From: an uncultured virus (IMG/VR IMGVR_UViG_3300029309_000020)
Lineage: Duplodnaviria > Heunggongvirae > Uroviricota > Caudoviricetes
Strand: one strand, 5' to 3'
Length of the DNA stretch: 64,000 nt
Virus record (IMG/VR): IMGVR_UViG_3300029309_000020
The first letter of the stretch is position 1. The number at the start of each line of letters is the position of its first letter. A program made the position numbers and the translations under genes. Below the pieces are notes generated by a model. That model saw only the letters and a program-made list of their open reading frames with translations, did no database searches and had not been told where the DNA came from. Of the stretch, positions 19,901 to 29,900 are shown piece by piece.

Positions 19901-21135
19901 ATGGTACTTCTCACACTATTATTTCAGATTATAAATTAATAAACAATTCTATTAATGCTAACATTGCAGTTCCTGAAATTATATATTTTGATATAATACC
20001 CCCAGACACTTCTGGATTTGTTTTAAATCCTGGAACTTCAAACGAAAGAGCATCGGCCGGATCTAAAAATAGGCTTAAAGCAGAATTTTCATATGAAAGA
20101 AAGCCTATTCCACAAATAATTGAATATGGTTTTTATTTTTTAGAAAACTCTAGTTTGTCAAAGCCTAGCTCGCCAGACAATTTTTTAACTCAATATAATG
20201 ATTCTAGCAACGCTTGGAATAAACATAATGTTAAAAATTTTTCTCAATTATCTCCGGTTAGTAAAGATAGTTTAGGAAAAAGTGGCTCTTATAGTAATTA
20301 TTTGCCATTTTTTGAAAACTTCCCAAGCGCTGTTGTAGGGAAAAGATTTTATGTATTACCTTATTTTACATATAAATTTGATAATGCAGATCCTTTTAAA
20401 ACTCAATTAGGTGATCAGGTACAGGAATTTTATATGGAAGATCCAGCTCCTGTTGAAGCTAAAATAGAAGCTACTAATGATGCAATATATTGGAGTCCTC
20501 ATGCACCACCAGGTGCCTTAGCAGGTGTTTTTAAAAATGGCACTTCTACATTTGCAAGTTCAGATTTAAAAAGACGCGCTGCTGCAGGCTTATATAGGCC
20601 GCCTTATGTTCAAATAAATATAAATTCTAATGTTGAATGGCAATATGTTTCTGGGGCATACCAAGATAATTCTTTGTGGAGAGGATATTCTGCTAATTTA
20701 ACAGAAAATCAAAACACAATTCTTGGTGGGAAATACGGTGGAGGGACATTGTCTGATGGAGGAGGAGCTGTTTCTGCATATGGAGGAAGCGGCCCCGATG
20801 GAGCTACTATAGTTAGATCTGGTAATGCGTTAAGAATATATCCACCTGAAGCTAGGTATAATAAAATAACCGGTGCAGCTGAATGGCCTGGGGGTTTCAT
20901 AAACGATCAACTACCTTGGAATGGTTCAGAAAGTCATATAAAAGGAGGATATAATATTTATATTTTTCCTGCTTCTTTAGATTTAAAAAAGTTTGCTTTT
21001 AAAACTAATCCTAGAAATTATGCAAATATTCCAACTCACTATATGCTTAAAGGTGGTTGGTTATTGCAAAACGCACAAGAAATAATTGAGGTTAGGTATG
21101 ATACGTCGGGTATTTTAAGTTATCCTGATATATAA
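16975..21135 (+). CDS. Tail muzzle second fragment fused to about seven FN3-like repeats
   Basis: Starts IL.F...LITAINIVDDMLFYSDGVTEPKKINI...DITVIK; then repeats of 'I.E.GFY...YYYVPY'. Confidence 0.6.
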   Translation: MASNILQFEPTRLITAINIVDDMLFYSDGVTEPKKINIKKFRGDDTAGEFANVKVDHSSGTTHIYGRPFEERDITVIKDHAGISANKLSTTTITENFGIGRDDLTVNEVTVKKLEIADGESSIKQENPTKGKVELVFNSTSIDLVEMEAKAIFGGGSLIDGGFIYSQTDSTIEDLIKNQGATSTKVTGDYVIDGGSATSTFRIEGVDTNSPDYSSSLSTGKLCAVAFIKLRGQDEIIYSPVQTINVYNQVASSTAPTGLVTQPEKKINRTDYEFSAKYLSNGGSPITRAGFYVAEGRLNDNDPAPTVQEIINNGHNFPAENRDPNEIYITKAPKPNHFYYYVPYIENKNGIIYGDALTASSQAIKKFKSQTTLPPTVYTTSVIDAANANTLIISGHTYGNIRNRKMLHPKMQVTEVGFYFRNSPDFTRQQDIIKGPFSGSPLKNTSGTFKVPVTGYNFEKGGPFNLDIASFLPGNLAQGEQVAYVAYIKHTGFAGTNEKAGGVNYFKVPVNTVDNPVLAITSSTWDTKANSTSNAGVKDIEVKYELDLIKFDDTKTLEDIGIIVSKPLTAQETANSKDGKWDTVEEVINSSNSTSIQLSKSELTFSPHAGSNNKGRYTTTNPIEIPGLTHNEFNYLSNNNIKPLGENWSAVGYVVVDGKTHYTDVFNIDSDASNTKVKDKVTKNIIGAPLVLNKNSLEQGATNITSSGVTLNASINNTGKDISEIGFYVSTVKPPAAAVGGAALSVPRSLADSRNPDLDAWIAGATKYASTDVNTTTANNHINQSTNDFLDFKAVITGLNPKSTYYYVPYVKPVQTTNVGGDVSYNGSETFNTIINSNHYGSLQSFNTAQNTTNFLHPPIISVRDVELISKIEAKVDILLTYRSGTAATITDIGIFVKKASLFPQPFANQSGNAATMASATNRIRVDYGDLFGSGTTFAANLSNKDVGGTHKQFYTVKNIEQVDYYVSAFVEYSHNGTSHTIISDYKLINNSINANIAVPEIIYFDIIPPDTSGFVLNPGTSNERASAGSKNRLKAEFSYERKPIPQIIEYGFYFLENSSLSKPSSPDNFLTQYNDSSNAWNKHNVKNFSQLSPVSKDSLGKSGSYSNYLPFFENFPSAVVGKRFYVLPYFTYKFDNADPFKTQLGDQVQEFYMEDPAPVEAKIEATNDAIYWSPHAPPGALAGVFKNGTSTFASSDLKRRAAAGLYRPPYVQININSNVEWQYVSGAYQDNSLWRGYSANLTENQNTILGGKYGGGTLSDGGGAVSAYGGSGPDGATIVRSGNALRIYPPEARYNKITGAAEWPGGFINDQLPWNGSESHIKGGYNIYIFPASLDLKKFAFKTNPRNYANIPTHYMLKGGWLLQNAQEIIEVRYDTSGILSYPDI

Positions 21136-21147
21136 TTAATAAAAAAT

Positions 21148-24100
21148 ATGGCAGAAAAACAAAAGCCTTTTGAAAAAATATTTCCTTACATTAGCTATAG
21201 ATACAAATATGACGATGGAGAGTTCTCACCATATGCGCCATTTACAGAAGTACAATTTGTTTCAAAAAAACAAGACACAACTGTATTAAACGATAGGTAC
21301 GAAAAAGGGTTTAATGTTTCTATGGTTAACGATTTAGAAAACATTGTAATCAACGACGTTCCCAAAGGGCGTGAAGATGTTGTATCTATTGACATACTAT
21401 ATACAGAGTCTATTTCAAGCACGGTCTATATACTAAAAACAATAGAAATAGATCCTGCTGAAAGAGGCCAGGGTACTTTAGACGGTATAATAATATCTAA
21501 AAGAGCATTTGGTGCAGCTCTTCCAGACACAGAGTTAACTAGACAATTTGATTCTGTGCCAAGATCTGCTAAATCTCAAGAGTTTACTGCTAATAGAATA
21601 ATGTATGGTAATTATTTATCTAAATATAATCAAAATAAAAACGATTTAGGTGGTAAAGGCTTTGAAATGGCTGTTAGCCTTTCAGGTCAGTTAGATCCAG
21701 TTTCAGGTCCTTCTGTTAAAACAAACAGAACTTATGACATTGGAGTATCTTATTTAGACAAATACGGCAGACAAGGCGGTTTATTAACGCAAACTACAGG
21801 TAAAAATACAGATAATACTTCTTTAATAAAAACAGCTTTTTGCTATGAAAGCAGAATAAAATTAGCTGCACAAATTATTAGTGGCCCTCCAAAGTGGGCT
21901 AAATATTATAAATATTATATTAAAGATGTTTCAACCGATTTTTTTAATTTAACTGCATTTAATACATATTTAGACGGAGAGCCAGGCGATACAGAAACAG
22001 CTAATGTATATTTGCAATTTGATTCTAAAGATAGAAACAAATTAACAGAAGATTCTTTTTTAATGCCAAGAAGAGATGGCATGTCTGGTACAGATAGTAG
22101 AGGTGTTGTTATAGAAGAACTTTCAAGGTTGCCTGTACTAGGCATTGAAAATGAAGCGCCTGATATTGTTAAAGCACAAGTTTTAGAAAGAACGGCTTCT
22201 CCTTTAGCTACTTTTATTGACGGCAACGCAAGAATAGTTAATAAAAACGCTACCAATGCTAGCACTGGTAATAATGACGAAACAACAGCAGTTAATCAAA
22301 CATCGCTAGTTATACATGATGAATCAAAAAGAGAGGGTTTTGTTCCAATAATAAGCGCTTTAAATAATTATATTCGGTCACAAGATACGTCTCCATCAAC
22401 AATTTTCGGACAGGCTATTAATGATACATCAAGCTCTGGACAAACCGTAGACGTGTCAGGCTTTGCTGATAGGTTGTGTTTGAGAATAAAGCCACAAAAA
22501 GAATCTGATGATTCTACTTTTAAAACAGATTTAGTTTTAGTTGATACTGTAGAATTTATTAGAATTAATGGCGAAAAAAATAGAAATGCTTTTAAATTTA
22601 CACTTAGCAATAGAATTGATGAAAGCGGTTTAATCGAAGCCAATACAGGATTAAGCAAAGGTGGTGTTAATATGCAGGGTACTGGACCTTTAGCAAATTT
22701 AAAACTTTATAAATTAGGATTATCTGAAGTTGGCGCAAACAAATTAAAAGGGTCATTTTTTGTTAAAGTTCCTAGAAAAACAGGAATTGTTTCTTTTTCA
22801 ACATTGCCTATAGAACAAACGCAATTAAATGAAGATGGTAAAGCAGAAAAAATAAATTTTTTAGATTTTGAAACAGAACCAGGTGATGATTCAAATCTTA
22901 ATTTATATTGGGAATCGGGAAAAGTTTTTTCAGTTACTGAAGACCACGGAAACACAAATGTTATTCCTTGGTCTAATTGTATAGCCACATTAGGGGGTAC
23001 AAATAACAAAGTTTATTTAGAATCCGTAAAAATACAAGACAAATTTAATTCTACCTCTATGGTTAAAGGTATTAGAGTTAATACTCCTGAGCCTAATTAT
23101 GGAGAAGAACGTAGAAAAAATGGTTTAATATTTTCTGGTTTGTATAACTCTAGAACTGGTATAAATGAACTAAATAGGTTTAATTTAACAGATGGAATTA
23201 CAAAAGATCTTGAACCTAACTACGGGGGTATTCAAAAACTTTTTGCGTTAGATACAAATTTATTAGCATTTTGTGAAGATAAAGTATTTAAAATATTAGC
23301 GGATAAAGATGCATTGTTCAATGCGGATGATGGGGTTAATGTAACTGCCACAAACTTAGTATTAGGACAAGCGATGGGATTTGGTGGTAACTATGGAATT
23401 AGTACACATCCCGAATCTTTTGCATATTTTAACAATAATATATTTTTTACAGACGCTAAACGCGGCGCTGTAATGCAATTAACGCCTTCTAATGGACAAT
23501 TATTTCCTATTAGTAGAAATGGTATGAGTAACTTTTTTAGAGACCGTTTAGGGGCTTTAAATGCTTCTAATAAAATTATAGGTATATATAACGGTTATAA
23601 GAAAATGTATATATTATCTATACAAGGATATAATCCTAGCCATGCGTCTATAGGTACGGAATCATTACCTAGCGAAACCACTGAATTAACAACAGGTTAT
23701 AGCTTGGCTTCACAGGGCTGGACATCAAGATATAGTTATATACCTGAAACAGGTGTAACTCTTAATAATAAATTTTATACTTTTAAAAATGGCAAAGTTT
23801 ATTTGCATAATTCTAATACAGCTAATAGGAATAATTTTTATGGTACTGGATATAATTCAGAAGTACAAGTAATATTCAATGATAATCCTACGGTTATTTC
23901 AGACTGGCTATCTTTAAATTACGAAGGCGGTGAAGGTTGGGAAGCTGTAGAAATAATAGGCGATCAAGATGGAACTTACAATATTACCAATGTTAGATTA
24001 CTTGATTCAGAAGAGTCTGGTTTCTTAGGTTGGTTCTTTAAAGAAGGCAAATATCACGGTGCTATCGTTGGCACACAACCGTTATATGCAATACAAGCTG

Positions 24101-24264
24101 GTCAGTCTGATTCACTAACAGATTTTGTATTACAAGCAACAGGAACTACTGAAGACATTTCAGGAACTAAAGGATTTTTTCAAAAAACTAGACTTAGAAA
24201 TTCATCTACAACGGCAAAAGAATTATTTGCTGTAAGCTCGGAATATTATATTAGTCAAACTTAA
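21148..24264 (+). CDS. Tail muzzle/stabilisation protein, main C-terminal part
   Basis: FE..FP..SYRYKY.DGE.S..APF, NR.MYGNY, S.KT.RTY..G..Y.DKYGR, YG.S.HPESFA, ELFAVSSE motifs. Confidence 0.75.
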   Translation: MAEKQKPFEKIFPYISYRYKYDDGEFSPYAPFTEVQFVSKKQDTTVLNDRYEKGFNVSMVNDLENIVINDVPKGREDVVSIDILYTESISSTVYILKTIEIDPAERGQGTLDGIIISKRAFGAALPDTELTRQFDSVPRSAKSQEFTANRIMYGNYLSKYNQNKNDLGGKGFEMAVSLSGQLDPVSGPSVKTNRTYDIGVSYLDKYGRQGGLLTQTTGKNTDNTSLIKTAFCYESRIKLAAQIISGPPKWAKYYKYYIKDVSTDFFNLTAFNTYLDGEPGDTETANVYLQFDSKDRNKLTEDSFLMPRRDGMSGTDSRGVVIEELSRLPVLGIENEAPDIVKAQVLERTASPLATFIDGNARIVNKNATNASTGNNDETTAVNQTSLVIHDESKREGFVPIISALNNYIRSQDTSPSTIFGQAINDTSSSGQTVDVSGFADRLCLRIKPQKESDDSTFKTDLVLVDTVEFIRINGEKNRNAFKFTLSNRIDESGLIEANTGLSKGGVNMQGTGPLANLKLYKLGLSEVGANKLKGSFFVKVPRKTGIVSFSTLPIEQTQLNEDGKAEKINFLDFETEPGDDSNLNLYWESGKVFSVTEDHGNTNVIPWSNCIATLGGTNNKVYLESVKIQDKFNSTSMVKGIRVNTPEPNYGEERRKNGLIFSGLYNSRTGINELNRFNLTDGITKDLEPNYGGIQKLFALDTNLLAFCEDKVFKILADKDALFNADDGVNVTATNLVLGQAMGFGGNYGISTHPESFAYFNNNIFFTDAKRGAVMQLTPSNGQLFPISRNGMSNFFRDRLGALNASNKIIGIYNGYKKMYILSIQGYNPSHASIGTESLPSETTELTTGYSLASQGWTSRYSYIPETGVTLNNKFYTFKNGKVYLHNSNTANRNNFYGTGYNSEVQVIFNDNPTVISDWLSLNYEGGEGWEAVEIIGDQDGTYNITNVRLLDSEESGFLGWFFKEGKYHGAIVGTQPLYAIQAGQSDSLTDFVLQATGTTEDISGTKGFFQKTRLRNSSTTAKELFAVSSEYYISQT

Positions 24265-24278
24265 ATAAATAAACAAAT

Positions 24279-24926
24279 ATGGCATTACCAATTATGGGTT
24301 TAATCGGTGGCGCAACTCAGATTGCAGGATCACTTATAGGTGGCAGAAGGCGTAGACGGGCCGCTCAGCGAGCAGAAAGTATGTTTAATGCACAAAGGCA
24401 AGCTTTTCAAGATTTTCAATTTGAAAACCCTTATGCGGGGCTTGAAAACACGTTTGAGGATGCTACCATAAATCAACAAGCAACACAGTTTCAGGCTCAA
24501 CAAACAGATGCTGCACTAGCACAATCATTACAAGCTGCTACTATGGCAGGCGGCGCTCCAGGTGGTGCTCAAGCTATAGCACAAGCTGCTTTACGATCTA
24601 AAGCTGGTATATCAGCTGATATTGCAAAACAAGAGCAAACTAATCAAGCAAGAGCATTAGCGCAAGAAGCTAAGCTGAACCAATTAGCGGCAAGAGGTGA
24701 AGATACCATGCAGGCAAGAAACTATGCGAGAACACAACAAATGCTTAATTTAGCATCGGTAGAAAAGAATGCTGCTGACGCAGCCAGAGCACAAGCAACT
24801 TCTGCTTTAACAGGTGGTATTGGTAGCATACTTGGAGGCATTGGCACAGCAGCAGCATCAGCAGGCCAAGGCGGGGGCGCTGAAGGTGGTAGTAGTTTTA
24901 TGGATGAATTGTTTAAAATAACATAA
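24279..24926 (+). CDS. Putative internal virion (ejection) protein
   Basis: Gly/Ala-rich hydrophobic termini with an Ala/Gln coiled coil; position after the tail genes. Confidence 0.6.
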   Translation: MALPIMGLIGGATQIAGSLIGGRRRRRAAQRAESMFNAQRQAFQDFQFENPYAGLENTFEDATINQQATQFQAQQTDAALAQSLQAATMAGGAPGGAQAIAQAALRSKAGISADIAKQEQTNQARALAQEAKLNQLAARGEDTMQARNYARTQQMLNLASVEKNAADAARAQATSALTGGIGSILGGIGTAAASAGQGGGAEGGSSFMDELFKIT

Positions 24927-24928
24927 TT

Positions 24929-26923
24929 ATGGCAAAAACAACACCATTTAAAAGAGTAGCAGCAAGTGGCGCTAGTGATAGAGGTGATGCAGCTATATAT
25001 GATTTATTAGGTTATCAAGCTATTGCTAGAGCAGGACAACCACAAAGTTTAACGGGTGAATCTGTTATACAGCTTGGCGCTTTAATAGCTCAAATGGATT
25101 TTGACGATCCATTAGAAGAAGAGGTTGCTAATACAGGAATGGGAACAGCGACTGTAGGAACCGGCACAGATTATACTTCTCTAGATGAAATGACATTAAA
25201 ATATAGAGAACCTGTTAATACTAGTGTATTCAACTTGCCTGATTTAGTAAGTATGAGTAAAAAGCCGTCAACTGTTAAACCCCAGGACCCTCCGCCATCT
25301 GACCCTCCACCAAAAGAAGACACAGGTACAGTTAGTTTAAATAATTTTGTTGATCCACCAAAAACAACAATAATAAGGGACACAACCGGTAAAGGTACTT
25401 CTAGTACTAGATCTATGGCTACTGATCCTTCTAGTAGAAAATTTAATGAACAATTCACAAATTTATCAGGAAAAACTAAAGGTTTTGATGTTAGTGGAAT
25501 TTTAAACGAAATAGAACGTAAAGAAGCAGAAAAAAAATATGGCAAAATTCCTGGTATATCTCGTTTAAGTGAAGAAACCTTAAATGCTTTAAAAGCTTTA
25601 AGATATTATAAAGGTAAAACTAAAGATACTCCTTTAAGAAGGGTTGCTCACGTAATGGCAAGTCCTTTTGTAAAAACAGACGGGTTGAGTTATACACAAA
25701 TAAAAAGAGCTGTAATGCCTGAGTATGCTAAAGGAAGATTAGGTTCTGCCGCTGCAGAAGGATTTAATTTAGTTGCAGATTCATATAATTACGCTCAATC
25801 TGTAAAAGAAGAGTACAATAGAGAACTTGATGACGAATTTGGAGAACTTGATGTTGAAGCAACTTTTACGGACGACAAAGCAAGACAAGATTATTTAAAC
25901 TTAGCTTTAGAAAAGAAAAAAAGATTATCTGAAGGTTTTAATGCTTATGCTAGAGGAAAAATGTCTAAACTTGAATACGAAAATTTAAAATCTACATTAT
26001 CTTCTGAAATTCAAGCGGCAGCAGGAGCCAGAAATAATTTAACTCAGTTAAGAAAAGAGTTCCAAGAAAACAAAGATAATTACGATTTAGACGCTTCGTC
26101 TAAAAAAATAGCAGATTTTTACAACACTTTAGACAAAAAACCAGAAAATTTATCAATTGAAACAATTGCAGGAACAGATTTTATTACCGGAACGACTATA
26201 GGCGGTAAAAAAATAAGCGTACCTACTAATATGATAGCTAATGGTTCTGCTGGATTCAGATTAGTTAAAAAAGAAAATTTAGATTCTTTATCTTCCGGAG
26301 CGGCTCAAGCAATAGACAAATTTAATTCTGGCAAAGAATACGTTAAAACAAAATATGGATATGGCACGCAAGGTGTAACCCCTGAAAAAGCAAAAGAAAT
26401 AGGTGTAAATTATCTTAAAAATGCGTTGGTTCAAGATAAAACAAAGCTAAGAAGTTATTTGTCTTCCCTTGCAGGTATTGATGATACTATGTATGACTCA
26501 TTAATTAGTGGCGGTAATATTCCCGACGAGTTATTAACAGATGCTGCTAATAGCCTTTATGATCAAAGTATTGGTCCTATATATCAATCACAAACAAAAA
26601 CAACTAAATTTGCAGGAGGCGGGGCAAAACTTACTGAATCTGAAAGAAATAGATTATTATTAAGTCAAGGTATTGCTAAACTACCAAAACCTACAACATC
26701 AAATTTTAATCAATATAAATCTTTTATAGATACAAAATATGATTATAAGATTGAAGACGGCAAATTATTTATTGGAGAAAAAGGTAAAAAGAAAGATGAA
26801 ATTAATTTAAATGATCCTAACTTTAAATCAAATTTTTCTAGATTTACTAGACTACCCGCTATAGAACCTACTAATACAGTACCACAAGACTTATCACAGT
26901 TTGATTTTAAAATTACAAAATGA
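24929..26923 (+). CDS. Putative internal virion (ejection) protein
   Basis: 664 aa, Pro-rich linker, helical C-terminal half; lies between ejection-type genes. Confidence 0.55.
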   Translation: MAKTTPFKRVAASGASDRGDAAIYDLLGYQAIARAGQPQSLTGESVIQLGALIAQMDFDDPLEEEVANTGMGTATVGTGTDYTSLDEMTLKYREPVNTSVFNLPDLVSMSKKPSTVKPQDPPPSDPPPKEDTGTVSLNNFVDPPKTTIIRDTTGKGTSSTRSMATDPSSRKFNEQFTNLSGKTKGFDVSGILNEIERKEAEKKYGKIPGISRLSEETLNALKALRYYKGKTKDTPLRRVAHVMASPFVKTDGLSYTQIKRAVMPEYAKGRLGSAAAEGFNLVADSYNYAQSVKEEYNRELDDEFGELDVEATFTDDKARQDYLNLALEKKKRLSEGFNAYARGKMSKLEYENLKSTLSSEIQAAAGARNNLTQLRKEFQENKDNYDLDASSKKIADFYNTLDKKPENLSIETIAGTDFITGTTIGGKKISVPTNMIANGSAGFRLVKKENLDSLSSGAAQAIDKFNSGKEYVKTKYGYGTQGVTPEKAKEIGVNYLKNALVQDKTKLRSYLSSLAGIDDTMYDSLISGGNIPDELLTDAANSLYDQSIGPIYQSQTKTTKFAGGGAKLTESERNRLLLSQGIAKLPKPTTSNFNQYKSFIDTKYDYKIEDGKLFIGEKGKKKDEINLNDPNFKSNFSRFTRLPAIEPTNTVPQDLSQFDFKITK

Positions 26924-29900
26924 ACGAAGAAGAATTTATTGCAAAACTAAAAGAAACAGCAGGCAGGATGCAGGCTGAAGGCATAGACCCGACACAAATT
27001 CAAGGATTTATTGATCAGAAAAAAAACGAGTGGATTGCTATAAGTTCGGGAAAGGAGCCTGCCACTGCGGGGGAGACTGCGGATGTAGTGGCACAACAAC
27101 CAAACGGGTTGGCTTCGCAGTTGGCAAGTGGTTTATCGGAGCCACCAGAAGAGGATGAAGGATTTTTTGAAGGATTATATGATGTAGCATCGAAAGGTTA
27201 TGCAAGTGCTGGAGCAACAGCGGAGACTATAGATATAATGTCTTCTGGCTATAAAAGTGACGAAGAGTTACAAGCCTACATAGAAGCTAAAGAAGAAGCA
27301 AGAAGCGCTGAAAATATAATTAAATCTCAACAAGAATTTGCAGAAAAAGTTGAAAAATTTAAGCAAGAAGGAGATAATGGATTTTTAGCTGGGTTTAAAG
27401 CTTTTGCAGATGACCCTAGTATGGGTCTAGATGTAATGATTAGCTCTTTAGCCGGGCAAGTAAGAGCAGCGCAGGAGGCGCCTGGTGTAGTAGCGGCTAG
27501 CACAGCCGCGGGTGCAGCGGCAGGAACATTTGTTGTCCCTGCTTTTGGAACAGTTAGTGGTGGTCTTGCTGGTTTAAGATTAAGCTCTATGGCTGTTATG
27601 GAAGCGCAAGCAACATTTTCTGAATTGCTTGATGAAAAAATGAAAGAGCAAGGTCTAAACTTAAAAAGCACAGCTGACTTAAGAAAAGTACTTGATGATG
27701 AAGATTCTATGGACTCTATTAGAAGGAAGGCTGTTGGTAGAGGGCTTGCAATTGGTACAATAGAAGCAATATTTGGTAAGCTAGCAGGTGCTGCAGGTAA
27801 AACTGTAAATAAGGCTTCTAGACTATCTAAAGTAGGAGGAGCGGTTAAAGCAGTAGGAGTTGAAGCTGCTGGCGGTATGGTTGGTGAAACAGCTGGTATG
27901 CTTGTAGCTGGGCAGGAACTTGCAGGTGAAGAAATATTATTAGAAGGTATTGCAGGAACTGTATTCGCTCCTGCACAAATAGCTGCGGAAGGCTTGAACG
28001 CAAAAGCCGACTACAGACTCAATGGTGAAAAGCTAAATAATAAAAAAGCAATTAATGAAGTTGTTGAAAACTCTTCTGATGAAGATTTTGTAAACACAAA
28101 AATTAATGTAAAAAATGACAAGGATCTTTCTAACAAAATACAGGAAAGACGTAAAAAAATAATTAGGAATAATAAAGAAGCAGTAAAAGATAAAATTGCA
28201 CCTAAAAAAGCTGAAGAGTTAAAGGCTAAGATAAATAAAGAAATAAAAATTGCTGAAAAACAATTAAAAGAAGTACAAGAAAAAGATGGTGATTTAGCTA
28301 CTGCTCCTTTTGAAGTAAGAATAAAAAGACTAAAAAGTCAATTAGAAGAAGTTGATAATCATATTAATTTTCAATTAGACGAGCTAAGCGAAGATGAAAC
28401 ATTAGCATTGATGAATATGGATGATGATGTTTCTTTATTTCAGTCTATAATTAATGATCCTAATTCTTCTGATGCTGCTAAAAAATCTGCAAAAGCAGAA
28501 ATACAAAAAATAAAAGCAGCTCAAATATATACTTTAAACAATACAGATAGCGCAGATTTAGCTAGACCTGATGGGCCTAAAAAACAAAAAAATATTGATC
28601 TTTCAGAAAAGACTCAACAGGCTTATGAGAAAGGTGGCGCAAATAATTATGGAGAAATAGCTGAGCATCAAATGGGTACTATAAAATCAATTGCTACTTC
28701 TCTATGGTCTAGAATACCTAACGACAAAAAAGTGGGGACTTATGATGATTTTGTTGCCGCAATAATATCTGAGCCAGGCGGGCTTAGAGATATGGTAAAA
28801 AGTTATGACCCTTCTTTAGGTGTACCGCTTGCGGCATATTTAGGCAATAAAAAATCAGGGCTAAGAAAAAGAGCTAATCGAATTGTTAAAAAATTAACTA
28901 AGCAAGATATTCAACAAAGTACAGATTCTACTGAAGCTTTAAATCAATTTGGTGAGGAAACAGATGTAGATGGTATAAACTTTGGGCCTAGATTTAATTA
29001 TCAAAAGCTAGGTTTAAGTAAAGTTTTAGGAGATATTGAATCTGATGTTGAAATTGGTTTACAAAAAACAATCAATGAGCTGCAAGATCTTAGCGAAGCA
29101 ACACAAAAGAAAAGGCAAACGCAAGCTGAGCGAGCTTTTAATTCTATATTTAAAAACAAATACGATAAAGTAATTAAAGATTTTATTGGTAAAAATACTA
29201 AAACTAGTCAAGACTTTACAGATTTTATTGATAAAAACTTTGATGTATTAAAAAACATTGCTTTAAATAATATAAATTTTCAAAAAGGCGGTGGTGTTTC
29301 TAACACTTGGAACACCTATGCTCCAAGCAAGCAAGACTTTATTGATTATTATGAAGGAAAAGATATTGCAGAAGGAAAGCCCGCAAGTATAAAGAGTGAT
29401 AGAAAAAAATCTTTAGTAGATGCTATCGTAGCTGATCTTTCAAAATCTGCGAGGGAAGCTTACTTTGAAACAAGACCAGATGAGCAAACTGCTTTTAACG
29501 AAGAGCAACAAATTTCTTTTCAAGAATCTTTAAATGAATTATACGAAATACCTGGCCAAAATATATTTATGAAAGATCAGGAAATGATTCGTAATTCTGA
29601 TGAGGTTAATTCGTATAACAAAACATGGAAAAAAATTGCGGCTGATAATAAAGTTGAAAGACTAGATAGAAACGACTCTAATTTTAGAAAAAACTTTAGA
29701 GAAAAATTTATGTTAAAGCACGCTAATAAGTTTCCTAAAAATTTATGGGTAGCTAGTATTGTAGGTTTTTATGAAAGCTCGTCTAATAAAAACGACTCTG
29801 CTATATTTGGAAATAAACAAGGTGTTAATGAACAAATACAAGGTGTTGAATTTAATGATAATATTGAACAGCTTCCAAATAGATTTGTTTTTACTTCTGA

